A stretch of 64,000 nucleotides of DNA from positions 25,358,001 through 25,422,000 of the forward strand of contig NC_043002.1 of assembly GCF_006345805.1 (NCBI RefSeq), given 5' to 3'. The notes below the pieces were generated by a model that made no database searches, was not told the origin of the DNA, and was given only the letters and a program-made list of their open reading frames with translations. Made by a program: the position numbers and the translations under genes. Positions 52,001-64,000 of this stretch are shown in pieces (the stretch's first letter is position 1; each line of letters begins with the position of its first letter). This DNA comes from Octopus sinensis (taxonomy: Eukaryota).

Positions 52001-53077
52001 GAGAGAGAGAGAGAGGGAGAGGGAGAGAGAGAGAGAGGGAGAGAGAGATGGTTTTAGGCAAGGTGATGAGAAAGAGTGAAGTATGAAAGCAGCACATTTA
52101 TAGTTGCGAGCAGGTAACAAAAAGAGTAACAGTATGTAACTATAGGGAAAGGGAATATGAAAGGAATAGGAAAAAGGAAATAGATTAGTGTTAGTGGTTA
52201 GTGAGAAAGGGAGGGACAGCATGGTGAGGAAGATGTGATGAGTTGTCTAAGGAGAGACCCAGGATTCCAGCATTATAAGGGCAAGGATGGGGAAAGGCAT
52301 GAGAAAAAGCAGATGAGGGTAGACACCATGCAGTCCTTAGGTCCATTGGATCCTGTCAAACGCATGCCAGTATGGAACCTGGACATAAACGATGATGAGA
52401 TATACATATAGTATCATAATCATCATTATCATCACCATCATTCTACCTTTTCTTTTTGATATGACATACGACTTCTCATCGTCACTGTTATATCTGAATT
52501 GTAATAATATCAAATGTTCCTGATGTTCTTATTACTCTCCAACTGTGTATCTTCAACAAGCTCTCATTGATATCTCTATTCAATAATTCCTATGACCTGT
52601 ACGCTATGACTGCGCATATGACACTCTTCTCAGACTGTTGTGTGCATGCTCATTTATACTAACTAGTATAGTTCATTTAGCCAATCATGGGCATGTAGAG
52701 ATTCCCCATACAACACTTTTCATGCTGGCATGGGCTAGATGGGTCACCATTGTCCAAGTCAGCTCTTATTTGGAACTGCTGCTCTTCCAGGCAGGTTAGA
52801 GGATTTATATATTACTTGTATGCTTCATTTGTTTTTTTGTTTGATTTCTATGGCTAAATGCTCTTCCTTGGATCAAACACTTAACAGATTGTATCTATGC
52901 ACTTTCGTCATGGTACCAACTTAGAGTAAGTACTGAGACATGGCAACTTCTCTGGTGCTGGTGCTATGATAAAATGCACTTGGTACATTGTTTTGTGTGG
53001 GAGTTCTTGAGCATAAAAAAGATGGACTTAGAATGATAATGATTGTAAGCACGTCTCTGATATCTATATATATACTG

Positions 53078-53407
53078 AGACCCCCTTTGGTCACGACTGA
53101 CCATGGGATTGCACCTAGAAAGTTACCCTCCCAGGTACAAGTCCGGGCAAGGCTGTTTATGGAAGACCGGCAATCACCCATGCATACTGGCCTCCCCTCT
53201 CTGTGCTACCAGTGTTATCCGAGGGAAAGGCAAAGGCTGATACAGCTTGGCACCAGTGATGTTACAACTCATTTCTACAGGTGAGTGGAACAATGTGAAA
53301 TAAAGCGTCTTGCTCAAGAATACAACATGCAACCTGGTCCGGGATTCGAACTCACAACCTCACAATTGTAAGCTCGACGCTCTAACCACTGAGCCATGCA
53401 CCTTCAC
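53078..53407 (-). mobile_element. tRNA-derived SINE, family E
   Basis: Head gtgaaggtgcatggctcagtggttagagcgtcg..gttcgaatccc; matches 61262-61605. Confidence 0.85.
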
Positions 53408-54848
53408 TATCTATATATATCTAGACATTACATATATATAAAGAAGGAGAGAGAAGCTAAAGGAAAAAGAGAAGGAAGAAGCTAAAGGAAGTAAAGAAAG
53501 AAGCCAAGAAAGATACACATGCACGCACACACACATACATATATATTTGTATATATATATACACAACATATGTACATGTATGTTTATGTCTGTATCTTTC
53601 TTGGCTTCTTTCCTTCCTTCTTTTAGCTTCTTCCTTTCTCTTTTTCCTTTAGCTTCTTTAATTCTTTCTTCTTTGTTTCTATATATGAGACAGATGCCCA
53701 TAAATTATTAATTAGATAATTCTTTCTATCTTTGAATATATTAGTGTATGTGTTGTGTGAATGAGAGGATGTGCATGTATTTATGTATGTGTTGTGTGTG
53801 TAAGTTATAGTTATATGTACATACATCTCATTCTGTTTCTTGTATTAAAAAAATATCCTTAATCCATTCAACATGTAGTTCAAATCCCAGCTAATCCTTA
53901 CAGTGTTCTTTCTGAAATAGCTTCTTTGCACCAGATTTGCCACACAAAAAAGTAACATAGCAAGAATGGTGAATGATGACAGATTTTTCTCTGTAACTGC
54001 AGGTAGCTTTCTTTGGCAGAACTGTTTCAGAGTTGGTAATTCAACTCTTGTAATCTTCATTTTATATCTTCTATATATTGCTTTTGATTATTCAGCCATT
54101 TATTTAATCAGAAGATTAAATTTTACTTCTCCCGTCTGTCTGTCTGTCTGTCGGTCTGTCTGTCTGTCTCTCCCTCCCTCCCTCCCTCACCTCTCATACC
54201 ATCATCATGTCAGTCTGTCATTCTGTACTTCTTTTATTCAATCATTCTTTTACAAAGTCATTCCAGTCAGTTTTATGTGTTAATATTCTGTCTTTCAAGT
54301 TTTCCTTGAGTAATTCAGTCATTCTTTTATTCAATCGTTTGTTCATAGAGTTATCTCAGTAGTTGCTGTACTGGGTTTTTGTGTGTTAGTTTTCTATCAT
54401 TCAGTAATTCACCAAATCTTTTATTCAGTCATTCATTCACATAGCTATTTCAATAGTTGCCGTGTCAGCTTTTTCTATGTTAATATTCTGTCATGTGAAG
54501 GCATGTGGTCTCATGGTTAGAGTGTTAGGCTTACAATCAAATTCTACACTGAGTGGTGCATTTTGCCCTCGGGCAAGGCACTTCATTCCACATCACTCCA
54601 TTTGACTCAACTGAAAATGTTGAGAGAGGTGAGTGGGTATTGATGTTTGATCAAGATTACATTAGCCTCTAAAACAGTTAGCGAAAGCCTGGTGCATGCC
54701 ACCAAGTCATAAATGTTTGTTAGTGATAGCTGAGTGTTATCCTGTCATTCAGTTTTCATTCAGCTGTTCTTTTATTCTTACATTCAGTCATTCTTTCACA
54801 TAGTTATACCAGTAGTCGACATTTTGTGTTTTAATATTTAATTAACAT

Positions 54849-55075
54849 AAGGTGGCGAGCTGGCAGAAACGGTAACATGCTGGGCGAAATGCCTAGTGGT
54901 ATTTTGTCTGTCTTTACATTCTGAGTTCAAATTCCACCGAGGTCGACTTTGCCTTTCATCCTTTCGGGGTTGATAAATTAAGTACCAGTTGCATAGAGTA
55001 TTGGGTGTCGATCAAATTGACTGGCTCCCTTCCCCAAAATTTCGAGCCTTGTGCCTAGAGTAGAAAAGACTATTT
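54849..55075 (+). mobile_element. SINE family C, well-preserved copy
   Basis: aaggtggcgagctggcagaa head, complete core, gccttgtgcctagagtagaaa tail. Confidence 0.85.
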
Positions 55076-55379
55076 AATTAACATGAAGTTTCAGAAAATA
55101 CTAGTCTGCTCTCTCTCTCTCTCTCTCTTCATCTCTCTCCCTCTCTCTTTTTGTTTGCTTCTCTCTTTCTCTCACATACATAAAACATACACACATACCT
55201 TTTGAACTCATGGATTGTAAGTAAATCTGTTTTATTCTCATGATAAATACATTGATTATTAAGAAAGGAAAAAAAGTAGGTATAGGGAGTGTTAGAGAAG
55301 GAGAGAGAGAGAGAGAGATGAGAAGGTCAGGTTACTAAGAATAAAGAACTCAGTGTGAGTGACAATAAATTTAACATAT

Positions 55380-55785
55380 CTTTTACTTATTTCAGTCATT
55401 AGACAGGGGCCATGCTGGGGCACCACCTTGAAGAATTTTTAGTCAAATGAATCAACCCAGTTCTTATGTTTTTAAGCTTGGTACTTATACTATTAAACTC
55501 CTTTGCCAAACTGCTAGGTTATAGAGATGTAAAGAAGCCAGTACCAGTTGTCAAGCGGTGGTAAGGGACAAACACATACACACATGCATACACACTCACG
55601 CACAAACACACAGTGAGCTTCTTTCTGTTTCTGTCTACCAAATCCACTCACAAGGCTTTGGTTGACCTGAAGCTATTGAAGAAGACACTTGCCCAAGGCG
55701 CTACACAGTGGAATTGAACTCAGGAACCATGTGTGTGGTTGGGAAGCAAATTTCTCACCACACAGCCACACCTGCACCTAATTCT
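55380..55785 (-). mobile_element. tRNA-derived SINE, family A (diverged)
   Basis: Same architecture as 59159-59568. Confidence 0.75.
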
Positions 55786-55896
55786 AACAAAATTCATGTT
55801 TCACCAATGACTATCAAGGACTGCTCAACAGCCATCATCATTATCATTATCATGGCATATGTATTTTTGTTTACTTGTTCTATCATAGACAATATA

Positions 55897-55935
<39 letters not shown>

Positions 55936-56475
55936 GTATCAGTATAAAGTATCAGCCCAATATTAAGGTTAGTTCTTCTCTGCCTTTCTCTTTCTCTGTT
56001 CCAATCTACCTGCCTAGCTATCTACCATCCTCCCTCCGACCCTACTTGGGTTGTACCTGTCTGTAATTCAAAGACTTGTCTTATATGTTAGTGCTGATTC
56101 AACCTGAAAATTGTATTAAGGGTGCACACATCTTTGGAATACTCAGCCACATATGTTAAATTCATAAGTAGGAGTTTAATTGATTGAATAACTGAATGCT
56201 CATTGTCAAGATTAGCAGAGAATCAACCAGATTTTCCCATTTTCTTACACTTTAGGTTTTCCTGTAAATATTGTCACAATATGTTGAGATGCATGCATGG
56301 CTGTGTGGTAAGAAGTTTGCTTCTCAACCTCATGGTTTTAGGTTCAGTTCCACTGCATGGCATCATGGTCAAGTGTTTTCTACTATAGCCTGGACTAAAC
56401 AAAACCTTCTGAGTAGATTTAAGGATTTCATAGATGGAAACTGAAAGAGGCTTGTCATGTGTGTATGTGTGTGTA

Positions 56476-56700
56476 TTAGCAGAAATGTTAGCACGCTGGG
56501 CAAAATGCTTAGCGGTATTTTGTCTGCCGTTACATTCTGAGTTCAAACTCTGCCGAGGTCAACTTTGCCTTTCATCCTTTCTGGGTTGATAAATTAAGTA
56601 CCAGTTACACACTGGGGTCGCTGTAATCGACTTAATCCCTTTGTCTGTCCTTGTTTGTCCCCCCTATGTCTAGCCCCTTGTGGGCAATAAAGAAATAAAA
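56476..56700 (+). mobile_element. SINE family C variant, joined to a family A-like head
   Basis: gcagaaatgttagcacgctgggcaaaatgc head and core; different tail (gcaataaagaaataa). Confidence 0.75.
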
Positions 56701-57414
56701 AAATATATATATATATACACGTGTGTTACTGTTTCCTTGGCTTGCTATAATGTGATAATTGCAGATGAATGTAACAATCATGCAAGTAGTGTCCTTCATT
56801 GAAACATGTCTGTGAAACATGTCTGGTCATGGGGAAATAATACTTTGCTTGGAAATGAGTGAGGGCTGGCTATAGGAAGAGCATGTGTCCTTGAAAATCT
56901 GCTGCAACAAATTCTGCCTAAGCTATGCAAGTATGGAAAAGTGAACATTAGAATGATAATGATGTTGATAGCTTTTACATATAAATCTTTTGTAGCACTT
57001 TAGAATAGGATATTCATGAGCTATGGTCCTTTTGACTTGCAGCTCATTACAGTAGCCAGTTGTAACACGGTAGGCTTGAGTGTGTATCTTTGGTACTGAC
57101 TTTGTACTGGTTTTACTGCCAACACTTTCTTGCAGTCCTTTTAAAACCTTCCATGAAAAATTTATTGCATTTTTGCATATATCTCTTTTCTTTACTTGAG
57201 AAGATAAAGCTTTCATCTTTTGTTTATCGCAGATATTATGTCTTTTATATATCTATATGTCTATATATATAATATTAATGCTATTGACAGTTGTCATTTC
57301 TCTGTGTAACTGCAGGTGAGTGAAAACTGTTAAATTGCTTTTACAGTATTTCACTGCCTGCTATATTCAAAGAAAGGTTGGAACAGTAACTGAAATTGTT
57401 GTTTAGCTCTAGGC

Positions 57415-57615
57415 CAGTGCTTTTCAAACTTTTTGCTGGAGCGGAACCCCAAGGAAACATTCCACTGGCTCGAGGAACCCCTGTGCAATAATTTAATAGT
57501 CTTATGCACACATATCTGCACAGGAGAATTAAAAATTACTGCCGATTTTAGCAGTTTTGTAACTTCTTGTGGAACCCCTGGACTGTACTGGCGGAACCCT
57601 GGTTGAAAACCACTG
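57415..57615. mobile_element. hAT (Charlie-type) MITE, 201 bp
   Basis: TIR cagtgcttttcaaac / ggttgaaaaccactg; 8-bp TSD ctctaggc at 57407-57414 and 57616-57623, resembling the NTCTAGAN target preference. Confidence 0.92.
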
Positions 57616-57940
57616 CTCTAGGCCAACACTGATTTGAGCAAAATCTTTCCAGCCAAGAATGTCCCAATTTTTTTCCAGGTTAATATATAGAAAGCTACAT
57701 TATGCATTGTGACTTTACTTCTTTAAGATGGCAGAGTGGTGTTTGAGGGAGATTAAGCTGGTATTTCTAACAGTTTGTAGGTGCAGGCATAACTGTGCGG
57801 CAAGAAGTCTGCTTCTCTGCCATATGGTTTTGGATTCGGTTGCATTGGGCAAAGGTCTTCTGCTATAGCCCCAGGTTTACCAAAGCCTTATGTGTAGATT
57901 TGGTTGAGAGAAAATGAAACAAGGCTCATCGTATGTATAG

Positions 57941-57987
<47 letters not shown>

Positions 57988-58678
57988 TCCCCTTGCTTTG
58001 ACATCACTTTATAGTTGCATACATCATCATGGCACAAGTGATGCCCTTCATATCCATTAGCAAATAATATATTACTTAGAAACAGATGAGAGTTTGTCAT
58101 GGAAAGGGCATCCAGATGTAGAAAATCTGCCACAACAAATTCCATCCTGTGTGAATATAGAAAGGAGGATGCTAAATCAATGATGCTCAATGATGATGAA
58201 CATTCACTTAGAGGATTCCTTGTAACTAAAGTGGTTTGCATTATTTTTTGTAGTTTTTATGAGAAAGTTGTAGGAAAGCCTTCTGGGCTTAATGCAGTGT
58301 TGAGGTTAGTTAGTTTTCAATTGCAGCTATTACATCAGTTTGATGCCAATAATATAATTGATGGTTGCTGTTTTTCTATGCACTGTTGAAAAACTCCAAT
58401 AGCACAGTTGTTTGAATACAGCTTAGATTGACCAATACTGTGTATGTGAAATTTGTTAGACAGAAACTGTAGAGAAGTCCTTTGTTTGTCTGTGTGTGTG
58501 TGTGTGTGTGATGATTGTCAACAAGCAGTCATTTTGCAGTCTTATGTTGGTGAAGGTTGGTGACCAGAAGAACATCTCACTGTAGAAAATCTGCTTGAAC
58601 AAATTTTGTTTAACCCATACAGTATGGAAAAGTGGACATTAACAGTGATGAAGAATATATATCATCATCATCATTTAA

Positions 58679-58897
58679 CCCTTTAGTGTTTGCATTATTC
58701 TACCCAAATTAATGCTTTTTTATCCACATTGTTTTGAACTAATCATGCATTATCTTGTAACTGAGAATTTGATGAGGTAGCTGTTAATTTTTAAAACGAC
58801 ATTGTAGGGTTGGTGTGAGAGACCAGATCTGGCCAGTTTGAACATAAAACAGGCAGAATACCTTTGGCCGGATATGGCCGGTTTAAATGCTAAAGGG
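58679..58897. mobile_element. piggyBac-like MITE inserted in the tail of an RTE-3'-related element
   Basis: TTAA TSD at 58675-58678 and 58898-58901; ccctttag / ctaaaggg termini. Confidence 0.85.
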
Positions 58898-59158
58898 TTA
58901 ATGTCCGTTGTCTATGCTAGTTTGGGTTTGACAGTGTAACCAGAGCTGGCAAGCTGTGTGTGTGGGGGGGTGGATGGGGGTGGGAGCTGCACCAAGCTCC
59001 AGTCTGGTTTGGCCTGGTTTTCACAGCTGGTTACCTTTCCTAATACCAACCATTTTACAGAGTGTGCTGGATGCTTCTACATGGTGCTGCAATATAAAAT
59101 GAAACAAATATAAGTATGAAGATATTGGTGTCACATTTATTATCTAGTTATGATTGTT

Positions 59159-59568
59159 CTCTTTTACTCTTTTACTTGTTTCAGTCATTTGACTGCGGCC
59201 ATGCTGGAGCACCGCCTTTAGTCACCCAAATCGATCCCAGGACTTATTCTTTGGAAGCCCAGTACTTATTCTATCGGCCTCTTTTGCCGAACCGCTAAGT
59301 GACGGGGACGTAAACACACCAGCATCAGTTGTCAAGCAATCTTGGGGGGACAAACACAGACACACAAACACACACACATACACATTATATATATATACAT
59401 ATATATGACAGGCTTCTTTCAGTTTCCGTCTACCAAATTCACTCACAAGGCATTGGTCGGCCCGGGGCTATAGCAGAAGACACTTGCCCAAGATGCCACG
59501 CAGTGGGACTGAACCCGGAACCATGTGGTTGGTTAGCAAGCTACTTACCACACAGCCACTCCTGCGCC
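59159..59568 (-). mobile_element. Full-length tRNA-derived SINE, family A, with 10-bp TSD tatgattgtt
   Basis: Minus-strand head ggcgcaggagtggctgtgtggtaag..ggttcagtccc, tail gagtaaaagag; TSD at 59149-59158 and 59569-59578. Confidence 0.92.
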
Positions 59569-59578
59569 TATGATTGTT

Positions 59579-60065
59579 CTCTTTTACTCTTTTACTTGTT
59601 TCAGTCATTTGACTGCGGCCATGCTGGAGCACCACTTTTAGTCGAGCAAATCGACCCCAGGACTTATTCTTTGGAAGCCTAGTACTTATTCTATCGGTCG
59701 CTTTTGCTGAATCGCTAAGTTACAGGGACATAAACGCACCACCATCGGTTGTCAAGCGATGTTGTGGGGACAAACATACACACACACACATCATCATCAT
59801 CATCATCGTTTAACATCCGTTTTCCATACTAGCATGGGTTGGACGGTTCGACTGGGGTCTGGGAAGCCAGGAGGCTGCACCAGGCTCCAGTCTGATCTGG
59901 CAGTGTTTCTACAGCTGGATGCCCTTCCTAACCCCAACCACTCCGTGAGCGTAGTGGGTGCTTTTTATGTGCCAGGGGAGTCTGGCAGCAACCACGATTG
60001 GTTGGTGCTTTTTACGTGCCACCGGCACGGAAGCCAATCAAGGCGGCGCTGGCATCGGCGCGGCG
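59579..60065 (-). mobile_element. Partial family A SINE joined to an RTE-3'-related element
   Basis: Family A 3' half at 59579-~59790, then (cat)n and the family B core. Confidence 0.85.
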
Positions 60066-61104
60066 CTGAGTAACATATAATATAGTTATATCTCATTATA
60101 TCTCATTTAACATGCTGGAACATATACAAACAATGATTATGCAAAGTCATGTGATATTAAAAGGAAACCCGAACCTGTCATTTCACTGTGATTTTTAAAT
60201 AGCTAAGTACATGTATGTTTATGTATACATGTGTAAGTATGTGTGCTTGCATTGCATGTTTGTCTCCACGTATTTTTGCTTTGACACTGTTTGGGCAGTG
60301 GTTACAAAGTTTACTTCTCACATAAGCAAAATATCTGGCAGCTCAGCAGTTTGTGCAAAGATGTTGCATGTGTCTTTACTTGGAAACAAGTTGATATCAA
60401 GAATGACACCTGATAATGCTTGTGTAACACATGTTAGTATGAAAATGCAGGTGTTGAAACAGTGATTAATGATATAAGGACCTGCTGTGAGTGAATCAAC
60501 TCCTTCAAGCAATGATCCTGTTTTAATAATGCACCAAAGCATTCCTTTTGCAAATCTGTATGATGCTGTTTTATTGTTTTCAGTTTGTAGGAACTGACAT
60601 GTTTAACATATTCCCACTCTATCCCACCACAACCATCATCATCTTCATAATTTTTCTGTCCCTTGATTTAATATTTCTTTGAACTTTGACCTTTCTAACA
60701 ACATATTAAATGAATGTTGCTTGCATTGTTCACATAAATTCCTTCATCTTTATTCTTTTATTAATGTCAGTCATTAATTAGACTGTGATTTTGAAGGGTC
60801 ATCACCATCAAAAGTTTAGTCAATCACACTGACACACCGCCACCTACTGATTTTATTGCTCTCTATTACACCTAGAACTATCACCTGCTGGGCAATCATG
60901 CTACCTATTGATTATAGTGTCATTGTTTTGCTTAGAAAAAAAATTGTAATAATCTCAAACTGTAGTTGTTTTACTTAATTTCAGCAAACTTTCTAGAAAT
61001 TGAGGTTTGAGAGAGTTTAATTACTTAAAAAAAACTTTTTTTTAATAGATCTTAAGATTCAGGGGCCTTGGTATCCTACATCTTCAGTTCTACTATGTTT
61101 GAGT

Positions 61105-61162
<58 letters not shown>

Positions 61163-61261
61163 CATATTGGTTGAATGTATGTAGCAAAGTCTCTTAGATG
61201 GAGTATTTTTACTCTAACTACAGATATCTGCAGTTTAAAAGTTTAATTTTTGTTAGATCAG

Positions 61262-61605
61262 TAAAGGGTAAAGACCCCCTTCGGTCATGAATGACCATGG
61301 GATTGCACCTAGAAAGTTACCCTCCTAGACACAAGTCCGGGCAAGGTTGTTTATGGAAGACCAGCAGTCGCCCATGCATACCGGCCTCCCCTCTCCACGC
61401 CACCAGTGTTATCCAAGGGAAAGACAAAGGTCGATACAGCTTGGAACCAGTGACGTCGCAACTCATTTCTACAGCTGAGTGAACTGGAGCAACGTAAAAT
61501 AAAGTGTTTTGCTCAAGAACACAACATGCAGCCCGGTCCGGGATTCGAGCTCACAACCTCACGATCGTAAGCTCGACGCTCTAACCACTGAGCCATGCGC
61601 CTTCA
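61262..61605 (-). mobile_element. Full-length tRNA-derived SINE, family E
   Basis: A box tggctcagtgg, B box gctcgaatccc, central gagcaaaacactttatttt domain, gggggtctttacc tail. Confidence 0.9.
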
Positions 61606-63308
61606 TGATCAGTAGAGGCATCTATAAGGTGGTCATCCTGAGGTTGTTATTCTCTGTGGTCCTGTTCAGTATCGCTCTAACTTCATGTCAGTGCATGTAA
61701 TTTCATGTTTTATTCTTTTCTTTTACTTGTTTCAGTAATGTGACTGTGGCCATGCTAGAGCACCGTCTTTGTCATGTCAGTACATGTTCTAAATAAATAC
61801 TGTACTATTCTGTGCTAATTTAAAAAAAAAGAAATGTGATTGTTGCTAGGTTTGCCCTTTTGAGGGATTAAATTCCTTTTAAGTTATTTTACTTAGAGCT
61901 CCTGTCCCAGGCATTCCATTATTGTTATTTTGAACCATGGCATTCATGGAATTACTGAAGCATACCTGTTCACAGAATGAGCCTTTACAACCCAACCTAT
62001 CTTTGACAGGGCTTGGCAGTGTTTCATTATTTTATACGTTTGCTATATCTGTAATCATATTTTAGATAGTATCTGTAAAGTGATTGAAGCTCTGTGGCTT
62101 CTATTATTGATTTAAGTTCTCTTTGACCTTTTTCTTGCTGGTACTAATGGTGGTGGTGGTGGTGGCCGTTGTTTGATTGTTATTAATGTTATCCCTTATG
62201 GCAGCATTGATTTCCCTTTTGTTATTGGTGAATTTCTTTAAAACTATTTTCTTCTCTGTTTTCTCTATTTTTGTCATTGTCATTAGTAAGGGTGGAGGTA
62301 GTAGTGTTTGTATTGTTAGCTTCTTTGTTGACATCATCATCTTTCTTTGAGGTGGCATTGTCACTGTGATCTATCTATATGTGTATTTACTGAATTTATA
62401 TTAGTAGTTGCTGTAGTGACAGTACCAGCCAGTATTTTGATCATGGTAGTTTCTCATAATACCATCCAATATCCAGTATATGGCTTAGCCATAACATATA
62501 TGACCAACAAAATTTGTTTTCTTTCTTTGAATCTATTCTATGGAGCTTTGATATCCATAGGTCTTCAGGGCATCTCCTAAGTTTGTAAGCAGCAGATTGC
62601 TCTGAAATAGCTTATGCCTGGAGAAACAAATACAGTTTCTCAATTTGCCAGCTTTGTTTCATTGGTTAAAAGAAAAAAAAAATTTACTTTTCTATTGGAA
62701 AACACATGCAAAGAAAATGAGCTGATATTAAGGATGGCTGGAGAAAGAAGCAAGGGGAAATTTTGCTTTTCAAATGAGAGGAAGAAAAAGGGGAAAAGTA
62801 GTTTTTCTATGCAGAAGTGGGAGAAAAGACAACAAAAGTAAGACCGTGCTGATATGTGGATTAAAAGAGTAAAGTGCTATTATGCAAAAGTTTTGCAGTA
62901 ATTAAGTACTATTATTAACATTACAATTACTATACTTAGTTATAATTTTATTTTGTCATTTAAAGTTTTTATGTGTTTACTTAAAAGAATAGAAAAAATA
63001 AATTATCTTTTGAAATTCTGACTCAAAGACTTTTAAGGTCTCTTGAAAAGAAAAAAAACAAACAAACAAAACTTCTCAGAAAATGTTTAAATGCAGCTGT
63101 TAGTGTATATAGAAGTAACATCAGGCCATCAGCAAGGTTTTATTGTATATGTTTTAGTATGATTTAGTATGATGGAAATTTATTGCGGAAAATAGATATT
63201 GTAGTTTGTTACATAGAGAAGAAAGATAAGCTCAACTTTGCTGAATGTCTTTTATTTATTAATTGCATATATATGGGTTTGAGTGAGTGAGTGAGTGAGT
63301 GTGTGAGT

Positions 63309-63373
<65 letters not shown>

Positions 63374-63819
63374 TGCCTGTCTGTGTGTCTGTCTTTCTGC
63401 ATATATCATCATCATTATCATCTAGCATCCGCTTTTCTATGCTTGCATGGGTCAGATGAAATTTATCTAGGTAGTTTTTCTACAGCCAGGTGCCCTTCCT
63501 GTCACCAACTCTCACCTGTTTCCAAGCAAAATAATATTTCCCATGGCCAGGCATGTTTTTCTCGGAAAACTGGGAACAATGCCAATTTGATGGTGATTCT
63601 TGTTTACAACCACCCTATGATGTCACGACAAGAATACACAATAACACACACGATCGGCTTCTTTCAGTTTCCATCTACCAAATCCATTCACAAGGCTTTG
63701 GTCAGTTTGAAGCTGAAGTAGAAGGCATTTGCCCAAGGTACCATGCAGTGGGACTGAACCTGAGACCATCTGGTTAGGAAGCAAGCTTCTTAACCACACA
63801 ACATCCATATTACTTGTTG

Positions 63820-64000
63820 AGTCTAGAGGGAGAGGCAGAGGCTATGATCCTTGCAGGCCTTCTGAGGGTCTAATGCTGTTAACATTCTGTTTAAACTGTT
63901 GCCAGTGAACACTTGCAGAAAAGGCATGCACATGCAAGAGATTCCAAAGGGTCCTTGACGTTCTGGAGAGGAAGGTCTGGCATGATGGTTAGTGTGGGCC
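63820..64000 (-). mobile_element. CR1/Jockey-like LINE 3' fragment running off the right edge
   Basis: Minus strand reads HTNHHAQTFLSRTSRTLWNLL..AFS....QQFKQNVNSI. Confidence 0.5.

Noticed and set aside
53340-61605. tRNA-like sequences at SINE heads (e.g. 53340-53407, 61540-61605, 27105-27170)
   Set aside because: They continue into SINE bodies and lack a convincing acceptor stem; not called as tRNA genes.
38768-64000. Candidate acceptors for the next GALNT2 exon (e.g. ~43797, ~50990, ~60580)
   Set aside because: The frames I checked (~43797, ~50990) stop quickly in phase 2, and no candidate encodes the expected C...TSVIITFHNE motif.

Overview
AT-rich, microsatellite- and SINE-dense eukaryotic DNA, most consistent with a coleoid cephalopod, probably Octopus (inferred from the repeat landscape; no database search was possible). 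The one host coding exon I can support is 38406-38767 (+), the stem/pre-catalytic exon of a GALNT2-type polypeptide GalNAc-transferase. A CpG-richer region at about 1-3300, ending in a strong splice donor at 3205/3206, is a candidate promoter and 5'-UTR exon. Neither the signal-anchor exon nor the next catalytic exon could be found, so most of the window is probably intron. The rest is a layered transposon record: several tRNA-derived SINE families; RTE, Tx1/L1 and CR1-like LINE remnants; mariner, hAT, piggyBac-like and Merlin-like MITEs; and three Helentron-type (HINE) elements. The observations most worth follow-up are (1) two sense-strand copies of a short element carrying a minimal, Penelope-type hammerhead ribozyme core (4783-4817, 43971-44007), (2) a mismatch-free 285-bp palindrome (26610-26894), (3) a pair of GGATC-ended, 8-bp-TSD MITEs with telomere-like repeats, one with a bistable internal hairpin, and (4) inverted Tx1 LINE remnants bracketing the GALNT2 exon. 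Nearly all other ORFs in the supplied track are microsatellite or SINE read-through. Repeat boundaries without a TSD are approximate.
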